Positions 51,586-64,000 of a stretch of DNA of 64,000 bases are shown piece by piece. Each line of letters opens with the position of its first letter. Position 1 is the stretch's first letter. The stretch is from positions 157,420,001 to 157,484,000 of the forward strand of contig CM059431.1 of the NCBI GenBank assembly GCA_030390025.1. The letters run 5' to 3'. The position numbers and the translations under genes were made by a program. This stretch comes from Squalus acanthias (taxonomy: Eukaryota). The notes under the pieces were generated by a model. That model was not told where the DNA came from. It saw only the letters and a list, made by a program, of their open reading frames with translations, and did no database searches.

Positions 51586-52189
51586 TCACTTGTGGCATTA
51601 GATCTTTCAATTTAACTGTCCATCGTTATTCTGTGATTAATTCGGACAGTATATTTAAATCAGTGCATTACCTGCTTTTTGCCGAAAATTAAGACAGCTA
51701 ATCTTTGTTCGAACATTCAATATCTCCCATTACAATATCCGTGTAACAAATATACGATTTGAAACATAAACATAACAAATAACGCCAATCCTATCAAAAG
51801 TGAATTCCGATTTACCATAATGCAATGGGATTCCAATAAGTGAGGAACTGGTTATCCGAATCGATGGAGTCTGTAAACGATCATAAAAATGCACTGCCGA
51901 TAAATTTGGTCAATAAAAAAATCAATGTTGAAGATAAGAATCTTAGAATTCCAGCACTTTGTCGTGCCTGGTACTTATTGAAATTTCTCATTATTTATTA
52001 AGCTAGATACAGAATACAGAAAGAAGCTTTGTTTGCAATGAGTTACATTATTAGGGCGTTACCGATTGTGAGATTATTAGACGCTCTGTTCACTCTCCGG
52101 CGCATGTTCAGTTGTTCTGCAGTAAGACACGCTCTTCAGCATTCCGTTTGTTATTTGCAGCCCACTCCCAGCCCAGCAACGCAATTTAC

Positions 52190-52850
52190 ATACTCAATTG
52201 GCTCTCCATCTTTTCCCGTTTCAGAAGGTGCTTCTTCCAGGCATCTGCTCATTTCAATTTATTTTTATTCTGCCACCCATGCTTCACTACCGCATTATAA
52301 TTTACATTATTATTACTTTTCACGCCATTCTCCACTTAGTCACCGATTCTTCATCTTGACATTCCTCGCTTTACCGGGAGCCTTCTGTGATTTGCCTGAA
52401 GTTAATAAAAATGATTTTTTACATTTATTGACAGGGATGGTGAGCGGAAATTTTACGGGGGAGGCCGATTCGATACCCACCGCAAGGCAATGTTTGAGCA
52501 TATATTTCCTCTTAACTCCGAGATCAAGCAGTCGGCCAAAAAATAAAAGACAAAGCAGTGAATTGCGAAAGGAATGGGCGAGATTGTTTGCAAGTTGGAT
52601 TGCGAATCTAGCCTCGACCAATCGGCAACATGTGCCGATAGCCGCTCGAATATCCTTTCCAATCTTGCTCACACGATAATTGGTCGCGACCACGTAGCCT
52701 CTTGTCGGCAACGGTGATGTCACACTCTCGGGGTAACTTTAGCTGTTCTTGCTACTGACAAACGGGCGATAGAGGCTCAGTGATTAACCTCTCGATTGGG
52801 TGTCCTGCATTGTGTGTGTTAAAAGTTAAAGTTACCCCCCAATACTTAAA
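52190..52850. promoter_or_regulatory. Candidate CpG-rich CCAAT-box promoter / 5' end of an unidentified gene
   Basis: Unique CpG-retaining sequence; CCAAT at 52618 and 52659, ATTGG at 52679 and 52795; palindrome tggtcgcgacca at 52681-52692; CRE-like tgatgtca at 52715. Confidence 0.4.
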
Positions 52851-53029
52851 GATGGAATCAGCATATTACCAAAATCCACACGGGAGGCTGAAAACGTGTT
52901 TTCAGATTAGACGCCATGTTGCAATGTGTAGCTTTATAATAGTTCATAGCTATTATAATAGCGCAGCATTCATGAACAGACACGGTAAACCACGGCCTCG
53001 GTTTTTGCTAACCCGGTTTTATTTTCTGG

Positions 53030-55680
53030 CACATAAGAAACAGGAGCAGGAATAGTCCACTTGGCCCCTCGAGCTTGCTCCGCCATTCAATAAGATCATG
53101 GGTGATCTTGGGCTCAAATCCACTTCCCTGCCCGCTCCCCATAACCCTTCACTCCCTTATCTTGCAAACATCTGTCTATCTCCAGCTTAAATGTATTGAA
53201 TGACCCAGCTGCCACAGATTTACGACCCTCTCAGAGAAGAAATTCCTCCACAACTCAGTTCTAAATGGGCGACCCTTTATTCTGGACTATGCCCCCGAGT
53301 TCTACTTTTCCCCACGAGGGGAAACATCTGCTCTACATATACATTTTTGAGCCCCCTCAGTGTCTTATATTTTCAATAAGATCACTTCTCATTCTTCTAA
53401 ATTACAATGAGTATGGGCAGACATTATTAACGACAGAATATTAACACTTTCTAGATTGCAGTGCTATGGAGAAATAGAAGGGCAGTAAGTCTAATTGGCT
53501 CGCTCTTACAAAGAGCCGGCATAGGCACGATGGAGCGAAAGGCCTTCTACGGTACTAAGATTATATCCATATATTTTCCATCAAGAACTAGGGAAAGGAA
53601 TAGGCCATTCATACACTCTATTTCATACCGCCAATGAATGACATCATGGCTGATCACTTTAATTTCTCTAAGTGCTCAGACACTGTTTTCCTATTTATAG
53701 TTTCCAATAATTTCGCGCTACTAATGTTAGACTTAAAGGCCTATAATTTCCTGGTTGCTCTCTCTCAACATTCTGAAATAATTGAGTCACATTTCTAATT
53801 TCCCAATTTAAAGAACATTTGCTGAATCAAATGTGCGTGGAAATATTGTGGCTAAAGCATTTGCAACTTCAACATCTAATAACTTTTAAATCTTTGGATA
53901 GAAACCAACAGTTCGCTGGAATTCATCAGACCTTAGTACCATTATATTTTCTAATACTGTTGTTCTGCTTGTAATAAATTTAGCGATTCCCAAAACCAGT
54001 TCCCATTAGTTTCTCTAAAATGTCCTCTTCTCTGAACACTGATGTGAAGTAATTATTCAACATGTCTAATATTGCCTTATTGTTATTTGTTATATTACCT
54101 ACATCTGTTTTGAAAGACACAGATTCCGCTAGACTACCCTTTTTCTTCCATTATAATTGTAAAAACGTTTTTGTGTTAATCTTGATATCTCCCGCAAACT
54201 TATTTTGATATTACTATACTCATTGGAGTTTAGAAGAATGAGAGGTCATCTCTTTGAAGGATATAAGATACTGAGGGGGCTCGACAAGGTAGATGCAGAG
54301 AAGATGTTTCCCTTCATGGGGAAACTAGAACTAAGGGCCGTAGTTTCAGAATAAGGGGACTCCATTTAAAACTGAAATGAGGAGAATTTTCTTCTCTCAG
54401 AGGGTCGGAAATCTGTGGTATTCTCTTCCCCAGAGAGCTGTGGAGGCTGTGTCATTGCATATATTTAAGGTGGAGATAGACAGATATTTGAACAATAAGG
54501 GAGTGATGGATTATGGGGAGCATGCAGGGAAATGGAGCTGAGCCCACGATCAGATCAGCCATGATCTCATTAAATGGCAGAGCAGGCTCGAGCGGCCAAA
54601 TAGCCTGCTCCTGCTCCTATTTCTTATGTTATTATATTCTTCCCTTTTAACAGCTCCTTTTTGTCTTAATTTGCTCTTCTTTATGCTGATCCCTGGAATT
54701 ACACTATTCTTTACACTTTTGCATGCTCTTTCCTTTAATTTTGCGTTATCTCGAAACTCTTTTGTCGATCATTAAGGGTTTTTTTTACAAGTAGAGCACT
54801 TGCGACTTCGGGGTATGTACTGGTCCTGCATTAAGCTGAATTTTGTTTTCAACATCTGCCACTGATTATCTGTAGCTTTTCCAGGTAATAGGTTGGGCCA
54901 TTTTGCTGTCGTCAGTCTCTGTCCATACCACGACCCGTACCACGACCTAGAATCTTAGTGACAGTGTTAATTTCTCCTTTTGAAAACTAACATTGAATTC
55001 TATCATATTATGATCACTGTTAGATGAATGTTCTCTTACTGTTAGATTATTAACTAAGACTGGCTGATTACTTATTACTAATTCTTGCAGATACTGCACT
55101 CTTGTTGTTTCTCGAGCACATTGCTCCAAAGAAACCTACCATTAATGCACTGGATAAATTCTAACTTGACCCACTCTGATCTTCTTAATCTTTCGGAAAA
55201 TTATATTCTCCAATTAAAACAGCTCTTATTTTGCAACAAACTTCTCTAATATTTGAAACTGCACATTCTACCACTCGATTGTTGCTATCAGGAGGTGTGT
55301 CGACAACTCCCATTATAGTTTTACGTCCTCTCTTATTGGTAATTGCTAAAGAAACAGTCAGCTGATTGATTTCTCCTACCTATATCCTCTCTTACTCATG
55401 TTGTAATAGTATATTAAATCATAAGGTTACCAATCCTCCTCTTCCAGTTTCCTATCCTTACTAAAGACATTATAACCAAGAATATTTAAATCCTAATCCT
55501 AAGCATCTTGCAGCGATCTCTCAGTAATGGCCAACAAATGACACACTGTAATCTGTATTTCAGCCTCAAATACACTCAATGTATTTCTTATACTCCAAGC
55601 GTTAGTATAAAGGACAGATTTTTGGCAAAAGAGACCCTAGCCTATCCTTCTTTCCTGAAGTATACCCAGGGTACCATCGA
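53030..55680. mobile_element. Patchwork of CR1 fragments (53030-53420 -, 53580-54210 -, 54210-54632 +, 54640-55680 -)
   Basis: CR1 3' hairpins and tails; SDHNMIEF endonuclease remnant at 54947-55129. Confidence 0.8.
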
Positions 55681-55689
55681 TGTCAAGTG

Positions 55690-57692
55690 ATATAAAATAA
55701 TGGATTAGGAAAAAAAGGGAGGCTTTAGGCAGATACAAATAACTGTAATCAGTGGAGTATAGAAACTGCCGGGGGGTACTTAAAAATAAATTAAGAGAGC
55801 GAAGAGTGGGAATGAAAAAACACTGGCGGGCAAAATATAGGAAAATCCCAAGGTGTTTGATAAGTATATTGAGGGCAAGAGGATAACCAGGGAAAGAGTA
55901 GGGCCCATTAGGGACAAAAGTGGCAATCTGTGTGTAGAGACGAAAGATGTGGGTGAGGATTTAAATAAATATTTTGCATCTGTGTTCACTATGGAGACGG
56001 ACGATGTAGGCATTGAAGTCAGGCAGGGGGATTGTGATATAATTGAACAACGTATTATTGAGAGGGAGGAGTTACCAGCGGTTTTAGCGGGCTTAAAAGT
56101 GAATAAATCCCCAGGCCCAAACGAGATGTAGCCCAGGCTGCAGTGTGAGGCAAGGGTGGAGAATGCAGGGGCTCTGACACAAATCTTCAGATCCACTCTG
56201 GCCACAGGGGAGGTGCCAGAGGACTGCAGGACAGCTAACGTAGTACCATTATTCAAGAAGGGTAGTAGGGATAAACCAGGGAATTACAGTCCAGTGAGCC
56301 TAACATCACTGGTAGGAAAATTATTGCAAACAATTCTGAGCGGCAGAATTAGTCTCCACTTGGAGAGTCAAGGATTAATCAAGGACAGTCAGCATGGCTT
56401 TGTCAGGGGGTAATAATATCTGACCAATTTGATAATACTTTTCGAGGCGGTGACTAGGTGCGTGGATGAGGGTAGTGCTGTCGATGTAGTCTACATGGAC
56501 TTCAGTAACGCATTTGACAAAGTCCCGTAAGGGAGACTGCTCAACTAGGTAAGACCCCATGGTATTCAGGGCAAATTGGCACATTGGATACAACATTGGC
56601 TTAGTGGCAGGGGGCAGAGGGTGATGGTCGAAGGTTGTTTTTGTGACTGGAAGCCTGTGTCCAGTGGTGTACCGCATGGATCGGTGCTGGGTCCTTTGCT
56701 GTTTATAGCGTACATTAATGATTTAGATATGAATTTAGGAGGTATGGTCAGTAAGTTCGCAGTTGACAGGAAAATTGGTGGAGTGTTAAATAGTGAGGAG
56801 GGAAGCCTCAGGCTACAAGACGATATAGAAGGGTTGGTTAGATGGGAAGAACAGTGGCAAATAGTATTTAACCCTGAAAGGTGTGAGGTGATGCAATTTG
56901 GGAGGACTAACGAGGCAAGGGAATATATAATGAATGGTAGGACCCTAGGAAGGACAGATGATCAGAGGAACCTTGGTGTGCATGTACATAGATCCTTAAG
57001 GCAGTAGGGCAGTTAGATAAGTTGGTTAAAAAGGCATATGGGATATTTGCATTCATTAGCCGAGGCATAGAATATTAGAATATAAGAGCAGGGAGGTTAA
57101 GATGGAGATGTACAAAACGCTAGTTAGGCCTCAACTGGAATACTGTGTGCAGTTCTGATCGCTACACTATATTAAGGATGTGATTGCATTGGAGAGGGTG
57201 CAGAGGAGATTCAGCAGGATTTTACCTTGGCTGGAGCGCTTCAACTATGTAGAGAGACTGGACAGGCTGCGCTTATTTTCCTTAGAGCAGAGAAGGCTGA
57301 GGGGAGACATGATTGAGTTGTACATAATTATGAGGGGCATAGATAGGGTAGATAGAAAGGAACGTTTCCAAATAATAGAGGGTTCAATAACCAGGGGGCA
57401 TAGATTCAAGGTAAGGGGCAGGAGGTTTAGAGGGAATTTGAGGAAAAACTTTTTCACCCAGAGGGTGGTTGGAATCTGGAACTCACTGCCTGAAAGGGTG
57501 GTAGAGGTAGGAACTCTCACAACATTCAAGAAGCATTTAGATGAGCATTTGAAACGCCATAGCATACAAGGCTACGGACCATGTGCTGGAAAATGGGATT
57601 AGAATAGACGGGGCTTGATGGCAGGCGCGGACACGATGGGCCGAAGAGCCTCTTTCTGTGCTATATAACTCGGTGACTGTATGACTTTATGA
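55690..57692 (+). mobile_element. CR1 ORF2 RT half and 3' end, degenerate
   Basis: ORF pieces 55853-57602 with RT motifs; hairpin and tail at 57620-57692. Confidence 0.92.
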
Positions 57693-57869
57693 TGCTGTTT
57701 TTCATAAACTGCTTAACTGAACATGATTATTATTTGTCACACCATCCTCTAACTACTTTAGTTATTTAAGGATTCATTTCGTGTGTATAATCTATATCAC
57801 TGTTTGTGACCTGAACTTTGGTTTTAGCCTTTTTTTTAAAAACGAATGAAATATCATTTTTACTACTGT

Positions 57870-58620
57870 ATCCGACGTAGTCCTTCTCCCATGTTTTAGT
57901 TTACAGTCCTTTTATTCCGCCTGGTCATCATTTCCGCTAAGACTTTGGTCCCATCCCGGTTCAGAAGCAGCCCGGCCCAACGGTACACCTTCTTCCTGCC
58001 CTAGTACTGTTGCCGGTGTCCCACGAAATCGAACCCCTTCTTCCCTTCAATGCTCCTTCAGCCACGTGCTCATTTCCCTGGTCTGTTTGTCCCGTTGCTG
58101 ATTACTACGTGGCTCCGGTAATAACCCTAAAATTAACAGCCTTCATGTTCTGCGTTTTAGTTTATCTCCGAAGTCCTGATACTTCCTCTGCAAGAATTTC
58201 TACACTTTGTAACCTATGTCATTGGTCCCGTCATGGAGGCCAATAACTGGATGTTCCCCTTACTTTGCAAATTACTTTTCAGAAGCATGGAGTTACCAAT
58301 TGCCCTGGCATCATGCAGACAACACATCCTTCGGGACTCTAGATCGTGGCTACAGAGGATGCAATCTATCCCCCTATTTTTTGCCTCCCTTATAATTACT
58401 AAGTTTCGAATCTGCTTCTCCGGTCTGCCTAGATCAGCATTGTGGCTGTACTCTCCGCAGTCTTTCTCCTAATCCGAACAGATATCAAGTACATCGTACC
58501 CGTTGCATTGGACCAGTGTCTGCGGGCCTTCCACCTCCATCTCCACTGAGTTCCCCTACCCTGCTGGCAGTCACATTCACACCTTCCTGCACCTGTGCTT
58601 TCCTCTGAGATGTGACAATG
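57870..58620 (-). mobile_element. Old CR1 ORF1 (esterase) remnant
   Basis: Nucleotide similarity to 18470-19100 (ccctggcatcatgcagacaacacatccttcgggactctagatcg). Confidence 0.7.
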
Positions 58621-58639
58621 CATTGTCACTGCCACTTCT

Positions 58640-59380
58640 AGTTTTCATTATGGAATAAAATCGTATGAAAGGAGCCCATTCTTCCAATCGTGTTTGTGCC
58701 AGCTATTTGGTACAGATTTCCAATTATCCCACTCCACTTCTCTATCAGCATAGCCCTGCATTTTTTCCTTCAAGTATCACAGAATCCCCACAGTGCAGAT
58801 AGAGGCCATTTCGGCCCATCGAGCCTGCACCGACACATATCCCACCCTATCCCCGTAACCCCACGTATTTAATCCCCCTAACACAAAGGGTCAATTTTTT
58901 ATCATAGCCAAATCAGCCTAACCCGCACATCTTTGGACATGTGGGAGGAAACCGGAACACCCGGAGGAATCCCACGCAGACACGGAGAGAATGTGCAAAC
59001 TCCACACAGGCAGTCACCCGTGGCCGGATTCGAACCCGGGTTCCTGGCGCTGTGAGGCAACAGTGCTAACCACTATGCCACCGTGTTGCCCTAAATATTT
59101 ATCCAATTCCTTTGAGAAGGTCACTATGTAATCTTCTTCCACCTCACTTTCAGACAGTGCATTCAATATTGCAATAAATCGCTGCATAAAACCATTTTTC
59201 CTCATGCAGCCTCTGCTTTTTGCCTATCATCTGAAACTGAGTCTTCTGTTTATCAACAATTCTGTCACTGCAATTACTTTCACCTTATTTACGCTATCAA
59301 AGCCGTTCATTGTTTTGCGCACTTCTATCAAATCCCCTGGGAACATTCTCTGTTCCAAGGGGACCAAACTCAGAATCTAT
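58640..59380 (-). mobile_element. Old CR1 3' fragment interrupted by a SINE
   Basis: MRKNGFMQRFIAILNALSE...FSKELDKYL peptide. Confidence 0.72.
58775..59091 (-). mobile_element. tRNA-derived SINE, HE1/V-SINE type
   Basis: A box tggcatagtgg, B box ggttcgaatcc, V-domain tgtgtggagtttgcacattctctccgtgtctgcgtgg, CR1-like 3' hairpin gggccgaaatggcct. Confidence 0.9.
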
Positions 59381-59479
59381 AATACAATGCATACATTATT
59401 GCGAACCTGATAGACTTTGATGGTGATTCACAGGAAATCTGAAATTCTGATAGCTGTGTATGTGTTTCCATTGTTTATC

Positions 59480-60840
59480 GGGATCGTGCCAGGTACTCCT
59501 GCCGTTTTACAGTGTGTCAGGATGCAACCAGGTGAGTATATGTTTTCAGAGTGTATCAGCATCCAACCAGGTGTCTATGGGGTTTCACAGTGTATCAGCA
59601 TCCGACCAGGTGTGTCTGGGGTTTCACAGTGCATCAGGTTCCTGACAGGTATCTATGGGGTTTCAGATAATCATGTTCCTGCCAGGTGGGTATGGAGTTT
59701 CACAGTGTATCAGGATCCTGCCAGGTGTGTATGATGATTCATAGCTTATCAGGAACCTTCCATTTGTGTTTAGGGTTTCAGAATGTAACGGGATTCTGCG
59801 AAATATATATGGGGTTTTAAAGTATTTCATGATCCTGCCATATGTTTAAGGTTTTTTACTCTATATGGCGATCCTGCCAGGTGTGTATGGGGTCTCAGAG
59901 TGTATCAGGATCCTGCCAGGTGTGGATCGTGTTTCACAGTTTATCGGAATCCTGCCTTGCGTGCACGGGTTTCACAGTGTATTGGGATCCTGCCAGGTGT
60001 GTATGGGATTTCACAGTGCATCACGATCCTTTTAAGTCTGTATGGGATTTCACAGTCTTTCAGAATCCTGCCTGGTTTGTATGGGGTTTCACAGTACATC
60101 AGCATCCTGCCAAGTGTGCAAAGGTTTCACAGTGTATCAGCATTCTGCCAGGTGTGTATGGGGTTCCAGATTGTATCAGAATTCTGCCAGGTGTGTACGG
60201 GGTTTTACAGTGTATCAGGGTTCTGGCAGGTATGTATGGGGTTTCACAGTGTATCAGGATCCTGCCAGGTGTGTGTGTGGTTCCGAAGTGTATCAGGAAC
60301 CTGCCTGGTGTGTATGGGTATTTCGCAGTGTATCAGGATCCTGCAAGGTGTGTGTGGGTTTTCACAGTGTATCAGGATTCTGCCAGGTGTGTATGGGGTT
60401 TCACAGTGTATCAGGATCCTGCCTGGTGTTTATGGGGATCCCCAGTGTATCAGGATCCTGCCAGATGTGTATGGAGTTTCACAGTGTATCAGGATCCTGC
60501 CAGGTGTGTATGGGATTTCGGAGTGTATCAGGATCCTGCCAGGTGTGTGTGGGGTTTCACAGTGTATCAGGAACCTGCCAGGTGTGTGTGGGGTTTCACA
60601 GTGCATCAGGATCCTGCCAGGTGTGAATGGAGTTTCACAGTATATCAGGAACCGACAAGTTATGTATGGTGTTTCACTGTATATCGGGGCACTGCCAGGT
60701 GTGCACGGGTTCCAAAAATTAGCAGGTATCTGCAAGAAATGGGGTTTTAGTTTGTATTAGGCTTCTGCCAGTTGTGTATGAAGTTTCCCATTCTATCGAA
60801 TACTGCCAGGTATGTATGGGGTCTCACAGTTTATGCGAAC
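59480..60840 (+). repeat. 39-bp minisatellite (ttcacagtgtatcaggatcctgccaggtgtgtatggggt), about 35 copies
   Basis: Clear 39-bp period; 13-aa periodicity in the ORF track. Confidence 0.96.
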
Positions 60841-60844
60841 CCAA

Positions 60845-61150
60845 TCAGTTTCTGCCCCTGCCACAACAATGAAACGACAAAATCACAAAAGACATCCTTT
60901 GTGACTGTCACAAAGGTAAACTATCTCTCCTCGTCCTTCTCGACCTGGCTTCAGAATTTGACACCGTTGACCACTTCATCTACCAAATCTCCTCTCCACC
61001 CTCGTCCAGGTGGGTGGGACTGCACTCCTCTGGTTCCATTCTTATCTATCTAATCATAGGAACAGAGATACCTGCAATGGCTTTTCTTCCTGCTTCCGCA
61101 CCGTTACCTCTGGTGCACCCCACTCCCAGGGAGGTATCCTTGGCCCCCTT
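60845..61150 (+). mobile_element. L2-like RT fragment
   Basis: Degenerate LLDL..FDTVDH..LL and G..LGP-type sequence (ctcgtccttctcgacctg, ttgacaccgttgaccac, tatccttggcccc). Confidence 0.6.
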
Positions 61151-62340
61151 ATCATAGAGTCATAGAGTCATAACGGCACAGAACGAGGCCATTCGGCCCA
61201 TCGAGTCCGTGCCGCATCTCTGTAGAACAATTCAGTCAGTCCCAACCCCCGCTCTATCCCCGTAGCCCTGCACGTTTATTTCCCTCAAGTGCATATCCAG
61301 TTTCCCCTTTAAAACATTGAGTGCCTCCGCATGCACCACTTTGGTCGGCAGTGAGTTACAGGTCCTCACCACTCGCTGCGTATAAAAGTTATTTCTCCCA
61401 TTCCCTCTGCATCTCTTGCCAAAAACCTTGTATACGTGTCCCCTAATCCTTGTATCATAAAGTAGTGGGAACAGCCTTTCCCCGTCTAGCCTATCCAAAC
61501 CCGCCATAATCTCGTACACCCCTATCAAATCACCCCTCGACCTCCTTTGCTCCAATGAAAACAAATGCAGCTTTTCAAACCTGTCCTTGTAGCTAACATA
61601 TTCCGTCCCCAGAACCATTCTGGTAAATCTCCTTTGAATCCTGTCAAGCGCATTCACATCCTTCCTAATGTGTGGTGATCAGAACTGGAAGCAATAGTCC
61701 AGTTGCGGCCTAAACAGCGCTTTATAAACGTTCAGCATAACTTCTCTACTTTTGTGCTCAAGAATTCAGTCTATGAAGTCCAAGATTCCATATTCTTTGT
61801 TAACCACACTCTCAATCTGTCCTGCCACCTTCAGTGACCTATTCACATTAACTCTCAGGTCCCTCTGTCCCTGCACAATCTTTAAAACTGTACCATTAAG
61901 AGTATATTGCCTGTCCCTGTTCCTTCTGCCAAAATGCATCACCTCATTCATCGCTGTATTAAATTCCGTCTGCCACTTCTCTGCCCATTCTGCTAGCCTT
62001 TCTATGTCATTTTGCGATCGATTGATATCATCATCAGTTTTTGCCAAACCCCGAAGTTTGGTGTCATCGGCAAATTTAGAAATTCTACTCTGTATTCCAA
62101 TATCCAGCTCATTTATAAAAATAAAAAAGCATTGGCGCCAGCACTGACATTTGGGGAACACCACTGTCTACTATCCTCCAGTCTAAAAAACAGCCATTTA
62201 CCACAACTCGCTGTTTTCTGTCCTTAAGACAATTCCTTATTCAAGCTGCCACTGATCCACCTATTCTATGAGCGTCAGTTTTGTTAACCAGCCTTCTATG
62301 TGGTACTTTATCAAACGCCTTACGAAAATCCATGCAGACT
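61151..62340 (-). mobile_element. CR1 RT/3' fragment
   Basis: ISKFADDTKL and IQRRFTRM peptides; tail rc atcatagagtcatagagtcata. Confidence 0.9.
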
Positions 62341-62379
62341 ACCGCTCCTTTTATTTGCTCCGCTCTCGCTGTGCTCCCT

Positions 62380-63255
62380 CCAGGTCCGCTCCTTCCGATC
62401 TCAGAAGTGGGAATGTTCGCTGATGATTGCACAGTGTTCAGTTCCATTCGCTACTGCTCAGATAATGAGGCAGTCTATGCCCGAATTCAGTAAGACCTGG
62501 ACGACATTCAGGCTTGCCATAAGTGGCAAGTAATATTCGCGCCTTACAAGTTCCAGGCAACGACTATCTCCGACAAGAGAGCGTCCAGGCACCTCCCGTT
62601 GACATTCAATGGCATTAGCATCATGGGATTGACCATTGACCAGAAACTTAAGTTGACCAGCCACTTTAATATGTGGTACAAGTGCAGGTGAGAGGCTGGC
62701 TATTCTGCGTTGAGGATCTCACCTAATGGCCCAAGTCAGGAGTGTGATGGAATACTCTCGAATTGCCTGCATGATTGCAGCTGGAACAACACTCAAGAAA
62801 CTCGACAAAACCAGCACAAGCAGCCCGCTTGATCGGCTCTCTATCGAACACATTAAACTTTCACTCCCTCCACCATCGGCGCACCGTGTCTGCAGTGTAT
62901 ACCATCTAAACGATGCACTACAGCTCGCCAGGGCTTCTGCGACAGCACCTACCAATCCGGCGACCTCCAGTATCGAGAAGGACAACGGTAGCAGTTGCAA
63001 TAGAACACCATCACCACCAGGTTCCCCTCCAAGTTACACAACATCCTGACTCAGAAATATGTCGTCATTCCTTCATCGTCGCTGGGTCAAAATCCTGGAA
63101 TCCCTCCGTAACAGCGCTGAGGAAGTACCTTCGCCACACGGACTGCAGTGGTTCAGAAGGCGGCTCACCACCACCTTCCCAAGGGCAACACGGGGTTTAC
63201 AATAAATGATGGCCTTACCAGAGACGCCCACTTCCCTTTAGCGAATGAAAAAAAT
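62380..63255 (+). mobile_element. Zenon-like LINE 3' fragment
   Basis: VGMFADDCTVF and AQVRSVMEYS peptides; family 3' end. Confidence 0.83.
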
Positions 63256-63269
63256 GTAATTGGGAATCT

Positions 63270-64000
63270 AGCTGGGGTATGCAAAGGGTCAGAGTAATCT
63301 GCTCTATTGAGCACGCAAATGGACAGATTACCCGAATGCAATTGGGCCTGTAAAGGCTGAGCCAAACTTGGGCTATGCAGAGGATCATAGTCCCTGGCCT
63401 ATTTCATCAGCAGATGGTTTGAGTGCCGTAGGTTTTATATAGAGGACCAGAGTACCTTGGATATTGGACCTGCACAGGGTCAGAGTACCCAGCAATTATG
63501 AAACAGCAGAGCGCCAGAGTCCCGTCATCTACAGAGAATCAGTGTGCCCTTTGTTCCCGGGAAGGTAGAGGGACTATTTATCCTGTAGAAGTACAGAATA
63601 CCTGCGGGTATTGGGATTGTAGAAACTCAGATTAGCTTGGGCCACAGGGCTGCCAGGGGATAAGAGTACCCTGCGCAATCGAGATTACAGAGGCGCGAAG
63701 TACCATGACGTATTGTGTATGTAGAGTGTGTGAGGACCCTGCGCTTGATGAGAGTCGGATTTTCCTGGGCTATGCCAAGGTTCAGAGTGCCCTGGCTATG
63801 CAATGGATCTGAGTTCCATCGGCTATTGGGTTTGTAGAGAGAGTACCATGGGCAATATAGAAGATCTGATGCCATGGAATCACAGGTCTGTCGAGGTTCA
63901 CAGAACCCTGTGCTATTGGGCACACTTAGTATCAGAGTACTCTGAGCTATTGACCCTGCAGTGGGCCGGAATACCCTGCGCTATTGGGCCTAGATTGGCT
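63270..64000 (+). repeat. Degenerate minisatellite of about 33 bp (cagagtaccctgcgctattgggcctg...), runs off the window
   Basis: cagagtacc and ctattggg anchors recur. Confidence 0.78.

Noticed and set aside
52029..52723. 216-aa (+) and 127-aa (-) ORFs in the unique island
   Set aside because: Non-ATG starts and no recognisable motifs
59010..59091. tRNA gene
   Set aside because: It is the head of an HE1-type SINE, followed by the V-domain and CR1-like tail
59842..60760. 302-aa and 286-aa Cys-rich repetitive ORFs
   Set aside because: Artefact of a stop-free 39-bp minisatellite; frames interchange at indels

Overview
Vertebrate genomic DNA, almost certainly from a cartilaginous fish (inferred from an HE1-type SINE, shark-type CR1 LINEs and a GPR139-like receptor pseudogene). 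Most of the window is nested repeats. These include many CR1 LINEs, among them one young near-full-length copy with esterase ORF1 and 83-bp 5' monomers and a near-identical second copy with an open RT frame. There is also a second, Zenon-like CR1-group LINE family with a tRNA-like head, L2 and Vingi fragments, Penelope-like elements (PLEs) carrying minimal hammerhead ribozyme motifs, and two related MITEs with 3-bp TSDs. A long strand-polarised AAACATAGG/AAACAGT satellite and four minisatellites are interspersed. The only recognisable host gene is a two-exon GPR139-like GPCR pseudogene; a CpG/CCAAT-rich promoter candidate lies near 52.6 kb. Most notable: (i) TSD-bounded fold-back insertions built from hammerhead-bearing PLE ends, one inserted into a DNA palindrome; (ii) an ORF1-less LINE whose 5' end resembles a Pol III tRNA promoter; (iii) the satellite resembles CR1 tails and hides kb-scale duplications. 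Boundaries of old fragments are approximate, and family names come from motif recognition by eye, not database searches.
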